A stretch of 64,000 nt of DNA from an uncultured archaeon (GTDB lineage: Archaea > Thermoplasmatota > Penumbrarchaeia > JASLWR01): contig CAYFHS010000002.1 in NCBI GenBank assembly GCA_964342815.1, positions 56,690-120,689 on the forward strand. The letters are read 5' to 3'. Shown piece by piece: positions 49,203 to 59,900 of the stretch; the stretch's first letter is position 1; every line of letters begins with the position of its first letter. Both the position numbers and the translations under genes were made by a program. The notes under the pieces are model-generated. The model was not told where the DNA came from. It did no database searches and saw nothing but the letters and a program-made list of their open reading frames with translations.

Positions 49203-50273
49203 ATGAAAGGTGAAAGAGAATTCGTAGACCAGTTCAACAAATCGATCTGGAATCTATTCGAAAACGCCCTGAAGATTGCATATGCGAATCCGGCCCAATC
49301 ATATTTCTTTCTGAAAACCCTGAGAGCACAAAAGAAAGCAAGCCGAAAGAGGGCGCAATGGGAGAAAAGAGGCTTACACGTACCGCCTTTCATGATCGCG
49401 AGCATCACGAATAGATGCAACCTTCATTGCAGCGGTTGCTATGCCAAGGCCCGAGATATAAGCTCCCATGGAGAGATGAGCAGCGAAGAACTGAAGGCAT
49501 TGATGAACGAAGCAAGCGAACTGGGCATCTCTATTGTAATTCTTGGTGGAGGCGAACCATTTGCACGAAGAGAGCTTATGGATATCACCCGCAAGTTTCC
49601 AAATATCATTTTTCCCGTTTTTACCAATGGACTGCTCATTGATGATGAACTGATGTCAGGATTGATGAAACAGAGTAATGTGGTTCCAGTTATCAGTATG
49701 GAAGGATACGAACATCAAACTGACGGAAGAAGGGGGAAAGGGGTTCATAAAGCCGTCCGTGAGCTTATTCGGAAAATGAATCGGGACAAGATATTCTACG
49801 GTCTATCATTGACAGTAACGACAACAAATTTCGATACTCTTACAAATGCCTATTTCATCGAACGTCAGGTTAAAACAGGTTGTAAATTATTTTTTTATAT
49901 TGAGTATATTCCAATTAAAGAAGGGACCGAATATCTTGTCATCGACCAAAAACAACGCGAAGAACTTAAAGACCGGGTTGAATCGTTCGCCACAAGATTT
50001 CCAGGGCTGTTCATTACTTTTCCCGGGGACGAGGAGGAATTCGGCGGATGTTTGTCGGCGGGTAGAGGTTTCGTTCATGTCAGTCCGAAAGGTGATATTG
50101 AACCCTGTCCCTTCGCTCCCTACTCCGATAGTAATCTTAAGGATAGGTCACTAAAGGAAGCCCTCTGCTCAGACTTTCTCAAAAAAATTCGTGAGAGTAA
50201 CAAACTTGGCGAAACCAATGGCGGCTGCGCTCTATTCACTGAACGCCAGTGGGTACGATCTCTAATTCATTAA
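49203..50273 (+). CDS. Radical SAM protein with a SPASM/twitch-like C-terminus
   Basis: CNLHCSGC; GGEPF; GCLSAGRGF.HV.P.GD.EPCPF; C-terminal GC. Confidence 0.92.
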   Translation: MKGEREFVDQFNKSIWNLFENALKIAYANPAQSYFFLKTLRAQKKASRKRAQWEKRGLHVPPFMIASITNRCNLHCSGCYAKARDISSHGEMSSEELKALMNEASELGISIVILGGGEPFARRELMDITRKFPNIIFPVFTNGLLIDDELMSGLMKQSNVVPVISMEGYEHQTDGRRGKGVHKAVRELIRKMNRDKIFYGLSLTVTTTNFDTLTNAYFIERQVKTGCKLFFYIEYIPIKEGTEYLVIDQKQREELKDRVESFATRFPGLFITFPGDEEEFGGCLSAGRGFVHVSPKGDIEPCPFAPYSDSNLKDRSLKEALCSDFLKKIRESNKLGETNGGCALFTERQWVRSLIH

Positions 50274-50355
50274 GTCGATTTTTAGTTCATGATAATATAA
50301 AAGAAAAAATTATCTGAAAAGGTTTGGAATCCAGGGAACCCAAATAAAGAGAGAA

Positions 50356-50430
50356 CGGACCCGAGGGGATTCGAACCCCTGAAATCCAGCTTAGAAGGCT
50401 GGCGCCTTATCCAGGCTAGGCCACGGGCCC
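50356..50430 (-). tRNA. trnR: tRNA-Arg(TCT)
   Basis: GGGCCCG/CGGGTCC acceptor stem; anticodon arm CCAGC-CTTCTAA-GCTGG; GGTTCGAATCC T-loop; no intron; no encoded CCA. Confidence 0.97.
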
Positions 50431-50538
50431 ATTGTGAGAGAGAGTATGCGAGTGAACAATGGGCCCGTTAGTTGCGCCAGAAGGTGCAACGGGACGGGCC
50501 CATTACGAGCGAATAGGAATGAGCGAGTAATGGGCTCG
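50423..50538. repeat. Alternating inverted repeats duplicating the tRNA 5' end
   Basis: ACGGGCCCATTG 50423, CAATGGGCCCGT 50457, ACGGGCCCATTA 50494, TAATGGGCTCG 50528. Confidence 0.85.
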
Positions 50539-50692
50539 GCAGCCGTGATCCAAAAGATTACAGCGCGACGTGCCCACAAGTATGAGCTGATGTTAATGGG
50601 TTACTAATGGAACGGAAGGTAAAACTTGAAATGCATAAAGAGAACTTAATAATGATATAATTATCATGTAATTATGGTTCATTATCATGTGT

Positions 50693-51532
50693 TCATTCCA
50701 GCAAGCCTTTCAGCAGATCACGATTGTATACCAAGGAGACGAGTTTGTCGTTGCTGTCGGTAACAGGTAGCTGCCCAAAATAGTTCTTTCTCATGATACG
50801 AGCCGCTTTGGCAACGGTTGACCTTTCGTACACCGTCTTTGGGTTTTTTACCATGACATCCTTCACCGGAATATTTGGCAGCGATAATTTATGTTCCTCA
50901 TAGAAAAGGGTCATGATATTTCGTATCCCTTCCCAGGTCCAAGTATCTTCATCGTCGCCCAGGCCCAATTCGGATTTGAACAAAACCTCTTCTATTTGGG
51001 AGGAAGTGAACAGATCGCGATCCGTGATTATACCTGTCAGATTACCCGCGTCATTCAAAACGGGCAGCGCATAGAATGATGTTATCTTTATTATTTTCGG
51101 GATCAGGGGGAGCGGTGTGCCTTCCCATACCGGAGTGCAGGGACTTCCCACGAATTCTTCGACCAATCTTTCATTATGAATGGATTCAACAGCAGGCAGA
51201 AGCTCGTATGGTCTTACGAAACCCACAAGTTTCTTTCCCCTGGATACGCATAGATGATGGATATTCTTCTCCAAAAAGAGTTTGGCGGCTTTCTTCACAC
51301 TGTCATTGGGACTTAATTTCGGTATGTCCCACTGCATAAGAAGTGCCAATTGTTCCTCGTTCGGGTTTTGAAACAGATCTCTTCTCGTAATCATACCGGC
51401 CAGTTCACCGTTTCGTTTGACAACCGGCATTCCGGTGACGTTCTCGGTGACAATCTTTTTCAGTACCTCCTTTCGGGTATTGGGAATCGTTATAGTTACA
51501 GGATTCTCGATCATCATGTTGCTGACATTCAT
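50693..51532 (-). CDS. Four-CBS-domain protein
   Basis: GMPVV...G.LAGMIT..DL, ALPVLND.G.L.GIITDRDL, GQLPV.D...LV motifs. Start reassigned to ATG 51532 with a GGTGG RBS. Confidence 0.9.
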   Translation of the reverse strand: MNVSNMMIENPVTITIPNTRKEVLKKIVTENVTGMPVVKRNGELAGMITRRDLFQNPNEEQLALLMQWDIPKLSPNDSVKKAAKLFLEKNIHHLCVSRGKKLVGFVRPYELLPAVESIHNERLVEEFVGSPCTPVWEGTPLPLIPKIIKITSFYALPVLNDAGNLTGIITDRDLFTSSQIEEVLFKSELGLGDDEDTWTWEGIRNIMTLFYEEHKLSLPNIPVKDVMVKNPKTVYERSTVAKAARIMRKNYFGQLPVTDSNDKLVSLVYNRDLLKGLLE

Positions 51533-51776
51533 GTAAGCCACCAGAGTGTTTTTGTTAGTATTTGTTTTTAGAATGCAAACACCGGGGAGTCTGCAATTAG
51601 GTTCCACCGAATAGACTTTTTCTAAATAAACATATGTATAAAATAAACATGTTAGGAAATGTAATAATACACAAATGGTTGGGCTGCCCGCCCCTTTTTT
51701 GCCCAGGGAAAGATTCGCTAAACTATAAATATTCAAATGTAACATAAAAGACGCTTCTTTAATGCCGGGGATAGAA

Positions 51777-53264
51777 ATGGACCGAAAAATTAACATTATC
51801 GACTTCGAGACCGGTAAAAGTGTCAGTATCACTGTGGATGAAGAAGATATGATAGACACATTGTTGAACAAGGTCAGGAACTACTGGCTTAAAGATGGGG
51901 ATTACGTTCTGGCCTATTCCGGTGAGATGCTGGCCCCGGTGTGTTTGGTTAAAGATTACGATATCATGGACGAGGATATTCTCCAGCTCAGGGCCAGGTC
52001 TTCCCTGGAAGCAAGTGAACTGAAGACACTGGAACCAAGCAGACCCGAAGGCATAATATTTCCAAAAAGCTGTCCCAATTGCGGACCTGTGGAGTTCAGA
52101 TACGTTTCTGCTTCAGAATTTCAATGCAGGAACTGCGGCGGAATGCTTCAGAAGCGACCAGATTATAAATCGATTGATCCGTTGGATTCTTTCCTTGCAG
52201 CAGGCGAGTCGTTCATGGGACATATTCCCCCTGAAAATACACCTGAAGAAACTGATTTCGCATATGATGAAGCTGTGACCAATACGGATTACTCCAACTG
52301 GGAGAGCACGGAAAGCTATACCCAAGAAAATAACTTCACACCTCCTCCCAGAATAGTGGCTTCCCTTGACAAGTCACCACTTGTCCTGTTAGACACGCCA
52401 ACAAGTGTGTCTTTACAAGATAATGCAATGAAGGATGAGGAGGAATCGCCTGCCACGGAAAGGCTCAGAAGACCGCCTAGGATAGTGGGGTCTTCGGACG
52501 AAAGTGGAAAAAAAATAACAGCAATACAAATTCGTACCTCTGAAGATACTGAGAAAACTCCTGTTCTGGTTCCCGAATCCTCCGCAGCAAAGATTCCATC
52601 TTGTGAGGATTGTGGTGAAGCAATGCGGTTCATACGTTTGTACGCAATGTGGTGGTGCGACAGATGCGAGAAATATCAGGGAGAAGAAGAGGAACAAAAC
52701 GAATCGGATACAATAATTGATAATAAAGGCGATAACGAATCAAAGAATGAAGATTCTATATTTATATTAAGAAGAACACCCACCCCGTTCCACCCTGTTG
52801 AAGATACTCAAGCCAAGGACACAAATAATTCATTGAGCGCTGATTCTACCACTAACATGAACAAGGAAGAAAAAGATTTCCAGCCGGATGGCGATCAAGA
52901 CTCGGGACTGCCAAAAGAAAACGAGGAAGTAACCACCGCCAATAAAGGAAAGGAGAATCAGCCAAACGAAGATACTGAGGAATTGATTGAGCTTTCAGCC
53001 ATACCCCTTGTTGAAGATGAGGACAATGAGTTCCTGATCCACCGTGGAAGGGAATGGCTCATAGAGTTCATGAAGATGTCGAATCCCATCAAGACCAGAA
53101 CTAGGTGGACCGATGATATGCTTAGGATAGAATTTAGAGATGATAAGGATAGATTGTGCATCCTCGAGATCGATCGAAGCGGGGAAGATATAAAACCCAT
53201 GTTCTACCGTTCGTCATCGTATCGGAAAGGCGGTTTTTCCGAATATGAAGAGAATCTTTTTTAA
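51777..53264 (+). CDS. Protein with an N-terminal ubiquitin-like domain, two zinc fingers, disordered acidic linkers and an unknown C-terminal domain
   Basis: TGKSVSITV...DMID....KV...L.Y.G..L......DYDI...D.L.L matches the ubiquitin pattern; CPNC/CRNC and CEDC/WWCDRC. An alternative ATG lies at 51762. Confidence 0.75.
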   Translation: MDRKINIIDFETGKSVSITVDEEDMIDTLLNKVRNYWLKDGDYVLAYSGEMLAPVCLVKDYDIMDEDILQLRARSSLEASELKTLEPSRPEGIIFPKSCPNCGPVEFRYVSASEFQCRNCGGMLQKRPDYKSIDPLDSFLAAGESFMGHIPPENTPEETDFAYDEAVTNTDYSNWESTESYTQENNFTPPPRIVASLDKSPLVLLDTPTSVSLQDNAMKDEEESPATERLRRPPRIVGSSDESGKKITAIQIRTSEDTEKTPVLVPESSAAKIPSCEDCGEAMRFIRLYAMWWCDRCEKYQGEEEEQNESDTIIDNKGDNESKNEDSIFILRRTPTPFHPVEDTQAKDTNNSLSADSTTNMNKEEKDFQPDGDQDSGLPKENEEVTTANKGKENQPNEDTEELIELSAIPLVEDEDNEFLIHRGREWLIEFMKMSNPIKTRTRWTDDMLRIEFRDDKDRLCILEIDRSGEDIKPMFYRSSSYRKGGFSEYEENLF

Positions 53265-53461
53265 TTTATTATCCTCGTTATTAAGATATGACCAAATCAC
53301 AGTTGAGTGTATTAAATCCCTATTGATTTTTCCCTTTTTCGATGTGATATCACCAGCGGAAAGGGAGGAATGTAATTATATCAGTAAGTTTTAAGTATCG
53401 CCTGAGCCATATTCTGTTTAAAAGTCTAATTGAATCTTTACTGTATCGGAGGTAATAGAAC

Positions 53462-56400
53462 ATGAACAGATTAATAAGAAACGTAATTCTGCTGTTCATT
53501 GTAATGGCATTTTTATTGCCAAGCGCAATAGCAGTGGATTACCCAAGCGAAAATATTAATGAAAAAGTTGAAGAAAATAAGGAAGAGATCATACTTCCTT
53601 ATCTGGGAAAAGCTCCAAAGATAAGCATCAACGAACCGCTTTCCCTACAATTGGCTAAGGCTGATCGAAATAAGTACGATGTAAAATACAGCTTCTTCCC
53701 TGGAACAACACCTTTCCTTTCCCGTATGGAAGGACGAACCAGGGCCGATAGGGATGTCTGGTTAAAGGATATCACAAGAGAACTAGACTCTGGAACGCCC
53801 GGATCCCACGGGACACTTGGCAAAAAGACAACGTTCACGGCAACCTTCCAGAACAATGGTTCCGCTGGAGACGTGACCATCAGGTTCAAGGCGATCCAGC
53901 ATCCGCTGGAAGATGGGGACCTGGCCGATGACATGCCGATCGAGCATAAAGAAGAAAAGAAGGAATCATCCGCCGGGGCTGGTGCGGAAGGAACGGTTAC
54001 CTTCGACTGGACACCCTCAGCAGGATCCCTTTATCTGTTGAACTTCACTGCATTCGAGCCGGGGGATACCGATGACACAAATAATCATCTATACTGGACT
54101 GGCTGGGTAAACGCATGGGGGGATCCCTGCGATGCCGCCGGTACAAGCGATTTGACTCCCCTAACTGGAAATTTCCACGTGGACGACGCTCACAACGATC
54201 CCGAGCCGGATCATCATTCGTCACCAAAAATCTGGGCCCACTGGAACGATGTGACCCACACATATGTGGCGGGTAACAATACAATGAGCACACCCACGTT
54301 CACCGTAAACGATTTCAACAGGGAGTACGTGATTTGGTACGACAATCTTTTCAGCGGCTCGCTGGGTGCCACCGATGAACACAAAGTTCTCATCTCCTGG
54401 GATAATAACAACTGGAGACCCACCGCAGTCGTAGATGCCACTGCAAACGCCCAAGTAAGCACGGATTGGTTTCATTTCGTTGTAGAAGATGGAGCCCCCG
54501 GGATGTATCTCAATTACCGGGATGTCATTGGCACTATAGGTTTCAGATTGTGCGTTGGCGAAGCAGGCGGAGCAGCAGTGAAGGGATATATGTTCGACGA
54601 CATGAAAGTGTTCGGCGTCCAGAACTTCACTCCCGTTGAGGATTTCGCACAGATTACCAAGACCGCCATCAAGCTGGAGCAAAAGGAAAACGACGGCCAA
54701 TATGTGAAAGCAACAGATATAAAAGGCAAAAGGGACAACGCTATAGAATTTACAGGTGATCCCGGAGACGAGCTTGTCTTTAAATTCGTGGTTACAAACG
54801 AGGGCTCCGCACCTATCAACAAGATAGAGTTCGAGGTGATCAACAAGCCCGAGGACTGGACCCTCGAGAACGTGGAAGTTCCTGCGGATCTGACTTACAC
54901 CGGTAGAAGCCTATTTCAAAAGACTGAAACAGAGGAATTCGACATCAAGATCACCATTCCGGATGATGCCGAGGCCAGTGTGGATTTCCATGGTGATGAC
55001 GAGAAAATGGAATTTAATCCTTATTACGTAGAATTCTCGGTCAAGGGATACGGTGTCGCACCGGGGGTCGGCGAACCCGATCCATCTCCGGCAGATGATA
55101 TGGAAACCCAAACGGTAGAAGCATTGGTCAATGAAATGCCTTCAATAGAGGTCGTTGTCGTTGGCGATGTCGATAACCAGACTGACGTACAGGGCGCACA
55201 GCTGGAATATACCATAAACATCGAGAACACTGGCAACTGCAACCTTACTGACGACATAGACGCGGAAATAAGTATTACCGTAGAAAACAAACCCCCGGGT
55301 CTCTGGACGGTTAACCTCGGAAAAAGCGTAATCGATTTACTCGAATACGAAGAGGATGAGGATGTCATCATCAAGGTGACCAGTCCGGCCACCGAGAAAG
55401 CAGGATTTTTCGAGGTGGAGATCCAGGTGACGTTGGGAGATTTCGAATCACCCGATCCCATCATCCTTACGGCCGGTGTAGAGCAGTTCTTCGGTCTTGA
55501 ACTCGACTTCAAGGATCGTAACGACAAGGCTCATGAAGTGGACCCAACACAGGCGAATCAGGTGTTCATACCCATAACGTTCGAGGTAACGAACAAGGGT
55601 AACGGTTACGACATCGCAAAATTCGTGGTAACCGCCGAGAACAAGGATGATAAGGACTGGTTCGATCTCGGTGATGAGGACTTCATAGAACTCGACCCGG
55701 TTGGCGGACTTCACGATGAGGAGGACTTCTCCATTGAGTTCACCGTACCTGAGGACGCTGTGAACGGCGAACACAAGTTCTTCGTGATGGCTTATTCCCC
55801 CAACGACCCGTTAGAGGAAACCGAGACCGAGGAAAAAGAGATCGTGTTCACAATCTTCAGACCCGACCTGCTGGTAAGTACGGACATCAAGCTTGATCCG
55901 GCAATACCCGTGAAAGGCCAGGAAACTGAGATCGAGGTGAGGATCTTCAACAACGGTACGACATCCGCCACCAGTTTCTCCGTATATCTTTATATCGACG
56001 ATGCTCTAGTGGATTTCCGATCCGTTAACATCTTGCAGAAGGGGCAGCTTACCGATCTTGCTCCCTTCCTGTACGTGTTCGAAGATAACACCGAATACGA
56101 GATCAAGGTAAAGGTGGACCCAGCCCAGGAAATAGGGGGCTTGGGGAACGTCACGGAGATCGACGAATTAAATAACGAAGCATCACGGACCACGGAAGTT
56201 ATCGCTCCCGACCTGAAGTTCAAGACGGACATCACGGCCAGCACTGAAGGCGGTATGGAGACCCTTGAGCTTAACCTGGAGGATCTCTTCGAAGGAGTTG
56301 TCGAAGGCGAATATACGGTAACCTTCACAGTGGAGAACGACGGTGAGGCTGACGCAAAGAAGGTCAAAGTTAACCTCAAGGTGGTCTACTACGATGAACT

Positions 56401-56704
56401 TGGTGACGAGATCAAGGAATGGGAGGATAACTCGACCCCTGTGGACATTGAATCGGGAAAGAGTGCATCCGTTGACTTCGAATGGACGCCCCTGCAATAT
56501 GCGACCCAATACACGGTGATACTCACCGTAGATCCGCAAGACTCCGTCCCCGAGGAAAGCGAGACCAACAACAAACTGGAACAAATGTTGTTCGTGACCG
56601 CTCCGAAACCGAAAGATCCTGATGATGGACCGGGATTCGAAGTATTTGCGGCCATTGCGGTACTGTTGGGCGTATGCGTCGTATTGTACCGGAAAAGAAG
56701 GTAG
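53462..56704 (+). CDS. Large CARDB/NEW3-like surface protein with a PGF-CTERM sorting signal
   Basis: Signal peptide; N.GN...D repeats; RPDL....N.G....F.V CARDB motifs with E.DE.NN.A; C-terminal GPGFEVFAAIAVLLGVCVVLYRKRR. Confidence 0.85.
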   Translation: MNRLIRNVILLFIVMAFLLPSAIAVDYPSENINEKVEENKEEIILPYLGKAPKISINEPLSLQLAKADRNKYDVKYSFFPGTTPFLSRMEGRTRADRDVWLKDITRELDSGTPGSHGTLGKKTTFTATFQNNGSAGDVTIRFKAIQHPLEDGDLADDMPIEHKEEKKESSAGAGAEGTVTFDWTPSAGSLYLLNFTAFEPGDTDDTNNHLYWTGWVNAWGDPCDAAGTSDLTPLTGNFHVDDAHNDPEPDHHSSPKIWAHWNDVTHTYVAGNNTMSTPTFTVNDFNREYVIWYDNLFSGSLGATDEHKVLISWDNNNWRPTAVVDATANAQVSTDWFHFVVEDGAPGMYLNYRDVIGTIGFRLCVGEAGGAAVKGYMFDDMKVFGVQNFTPVEDFAQITKTAIKLEQKENDGQYVKATDIKGKRDNAIEFTGDPGDELVFKFVVTNEGSAPINKIEFEVINKPEDWTLENVEVPADLTYTGRSLFQKTETEEFDIKITIPDDAEASVDFHGDDEKMEFNPYYVEFSVKGYGVAPGVGEPDPSPADDMETQTVEALVNEMPSIEVVVVGDVDNQTDVQGAQLEYTINIENTGNCNLTDDIDAEISITVENKPPGLWTVNLGKSVIDLLEYEEDEDVIIKVTSPATEKAGFFEVEIQVTLGDFESPDPIILTAGVEQFFGLELDFKDRNDKAHEVDPTQANQVFIPITFEVTNKGNGYDIAKFVVTAENKDDKDWFDLGDEDFIELDPVGGLHDEEDFSIEFTVPEDAVNGEHKFFVMAYSPNDPLEETETEEKEIVFTIFRPDLLVSTDIKLDPAIPVKGQETEIEVRIFNNGTTSATSFSVYLYIDDALVDFRSVNILQKGQLTDLAPFLYVFEDNTEYEIKVKVDPAQEIGGLGNVTEIDELNNEASRTTEVIAPDLKFKTDITASTEGGMETLELNLEDLFEGVVEGEYTVTFTVENDGEADAKKVKVNLKVVYYDELGDEIKEWEDNSTPVDIESGKSASVDFEWTPLQYATQYTVILTVDPQDSVPEESETNNKLEQMLFVTAPKPKDPDDGPGFEVFAAIAVLLGVCVVLYRKRR

Positions 56705-56723
56705 AACGGCCTTTTCATAACTT

Positions 56724-56770
56724 GGGCAGGGGGTGTTTTTAACCCCCTGTCCTTTTTTTTATTTTTTTTT
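56724..56770 (+). terminator. Stem-loop plus long T tract after the PGF-CTERM gene
   Basis: GGGCAGGGGG-loop-CCCCCTGTCC followed by T8 A T9. Confidence 0.75.
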
Positions 56771-56945
56771 CGGTATTTATACTTTTTTTACAGGTATAGT
56801 TTTTTCACTAATTTCTGCAAAAGAGGAAAGTTTCCCAATTATTTCGGGTCAATTCTTGAATTAATCCACATATGTCGGGAAATTATAAGTAATTTCAAAT
56901 TGATATTATCATATTGTCAATAGCGCGAAGTAAGGAGGCAATCAT

Positions 56946-59900
56946 GTGAATGTAAAAAAAATCTTTATTATACTTTTAATATTAACCATACTCGTTCCAA
57001 CCTCGATGGCAACGACGCAAACACCGCAAGAATATGGAAATGAAGATAATAATGAAGAGAGAGAAACAAGTATTAACCACGTAGAATCGTTGGAAGACCA
57101 AAGCGACCGAGCATCAGTCATTAAGGCCTGCGAAATCAACCCTCAAGAAACAAAATTTCGACGGGAAAGATATGACCTGAGACCGTTAGAGAGTGAGAGA
57201 ACCAGATACGAACGGGATATTTGGATGAAGGATGTGGAGATCAAGACGACCCCCTACAAGTTCGACCACACCATATATGAAACTGATGACCAGTACATAT
57301 ATTTTTGCGATTGTTTCGGTATCAAGGGCCAGGACATTACCTTTACCGTCACCTTCCAGAATAACGGCAGCGCCGGAGATGTGGAGATCCGTCTGGAGAT
57401 AATGCCCTATTTGGTCCACCAGGACGATGGTTACGACGATGACAACTGGCCGGTATACTGGTTTGAATATAAGCAGGTAAGCTCCCAGGGGGCCGGAGCC
57501 GAGGAAACGGTTGATTTTACGTGGACGGTGGAATGCAGCAGGCTTCTCATAGTCAACGCCAGCGCATTCGAGCGCGGCGACCCTGATCCTGACAACAACG
57601 AGATATGGTGGCTCGGAAGATCTCTTTCAACTTACGACCCGGGGGACAACGAAGCTGGAAGTCCTCTTGAGAATGAAAAGGGGAACTGGCACACCCGGGA
57701 CGTGGTGAACGATCCCGCGGCCGACGATCACTCGGACCCAAAGGCCTGGTACCACGGCAATGCCAACGGGATGTCATACGGAGCCGACAACAATACGCTT
57801 GCCTTGAAAGATCCCGTTATTTTTGATGGCGATAGCATATACGACACGCGTTTCGGCACATATCTTACTTTCACCATTGCCGGGAACCTGGACGCGACCT
57901 CGGAACTGGCCCTCTACTACAGCCTCGACGGCGGAGGATGGGAGAAAATGTTCTGGTGGACAACGCCCTGGAACACCAATGCCGATTGGTTCTGGGCAAC
58001 ATTCTCTTCTGGCGACACGTATTACCCGGGAATACCCATGAACTACGCCGACAGCATCAAGATAGCCATTAACGTGGACTCGCCCTCTGGTGGCGGCGTG
58101 AGGCCGGGGTTATACATCGATGAGTTCCAGATATACGGAATGGAGAATGGTACCATTGAAAATCCACCCGACGATCCGTCATTTACAAAATTGAAAATCG
58201 AAAACAGGGATCCAGGCCAGATCAAGGACAGCAATTCCAACGGTGTAATAGATGCGGAAGGAGACCCCGGCCAGGAGATGGTATTCCCGTTGAAGCTGAC
58301 AAACGATGGCACGGCAATAATCAGCAAGATAACGTTTGAAGTCAGTGATTTACCGAACGGTTGGGACGCAGAGGATATAATATTCGAACCCGCTTCTGTG
58401 ACCGCGCAGATGGCTCGTTATGAGACAAAAGATATCGATGTGAAGGTTACTATCCCAGACGATGCCCGTGCCAGTGTGGATTTCAGTAAAGACAGCGGCG
58501 ATAAGGATATGGAATACAACCCGCATATTATTAACATTACGGCTACGGCCACCGGAATTCCACCCGAGGTTGGCAAACCGGACCCGATACCCGACGAGGA
58601 CAGCAAGTCCATAGATTTGGAGGCCATAGTTACGGAGCAGCCGGCCCTGGAGGTTTCGGTGGTAAATGACAATATTACTGGTAAGCAGGGTATCGAGCTC
58701 GATTACTTTATGACGATTAAGAACAAGGGAAACTGCAATCTCACGGACAATATCAATGCGAAGGTAATGATCCGGGAGCTTATTACTCCTTCGAACCTGT
58801 GGACCGTGCAGCTGAGCGACAACGATTTCAAACTGGATTATGGTGACGAACTGGATGTTACCGTTACCATAGTAAGCCCACAAAACGTAATTGCAGGATA
58901 TCACATAACTGAGCTGGAAATCTCCATTGAAGAATTCGGTATATCCGAATCCATCATACTAATTATCGGTATCGAACAGGTATTCGGTATCGAATTGGAC
59001 CTGAAAGATAAAAATGATGAGAACATCGAGATAGACCCTGAAAAGATCGGTTCCATGCAGCAGTTCGTGGATTTCGAGATAACTAATACCGGCAATGGAG
59101 ACGATAGTGTCAAGATGGTTGCCGAAGCTGGCAATTCAAATGACGACAAATGGTTCGACATCAAAGATGAGGCAGCGATAGAATTGGGTCCAACTGGGGG
59201 TCTCGATGATAATGAAGATTTCTCCATGGAGTTCAATGTCCCCGAGGATGCAGTTGCCGGGAAGCATGAGTTCACTATAAAGGCGGTCTCCGAAAAAGAC
59301 CTAATTGATGGAACTGAGAGCGATGAAAAACTGATCACTTTCACCGTGTTGCGCCCCGACCTGCTGGTTTCTACAAAGATAGAGCTTGTTCCTGACAAAC
59401 CGGTGAAGGATGACGAAACGGAAATCCGTGTAAGAATTTTCAACAACGGCACCACTTCAGCCATGGGTTTCTCGGTATACCTTTACATCGACGATGCTCT
59501 GGTGGAATATAAACCGGTCAATATACTCCAGAAAGGAGACTCCACCGATATTCCCTCGTTCAAATATTTTTTTACCGATGACAAGGAATACACCATCAAA
59601 GTGACTGTGGACCCGACAGATGGAGTAAATGATAATGGAAACATCACCGAGATGGACGAACTTAACAACGATGCGTCCAGAACTGTTGAGGTAATTGCGC
59701 CCGAGCTGCAGTTCGGCGGAGATATGTTAGTTAGCACCGGAGACGGTGTCGAGATAATGCCCAGCGGAGAGGATCGTTACGATGTCAAAATAGATGAAAC
59801 ATACAAATTAGGTGTTAATGTTTTGAACAAGGGAAAAGCCGATGCCAAGGTGGTCCGGGTAAATCTCAAGATATTATATATGGACCCAATGGGGGAAGAG

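Noticed and set aside
43670-50273. idsA, UbiA and radical SAM genes as a tetraether lipid biosynthesis cluster
   Set aside because: The genes are on different strands and separated by unrelated genes. The radical SAM is a short SPASM-type protein without the B12-binding or other features I would expect of GrsAB or Tes.
50423-50538. About 35-bp periodic repeats as a mini-CRISPR
   Set aside because: Copies alternate in orientation, are only 11-12 bp, and one is the tRNA 5' end.
51533-51871. N-terminal extension of the CBS ORF
   Set aside because: It spans the AT-rich divergent promoter region and overlaps the opposite gene; a better RBS and ATG exist at 51532.
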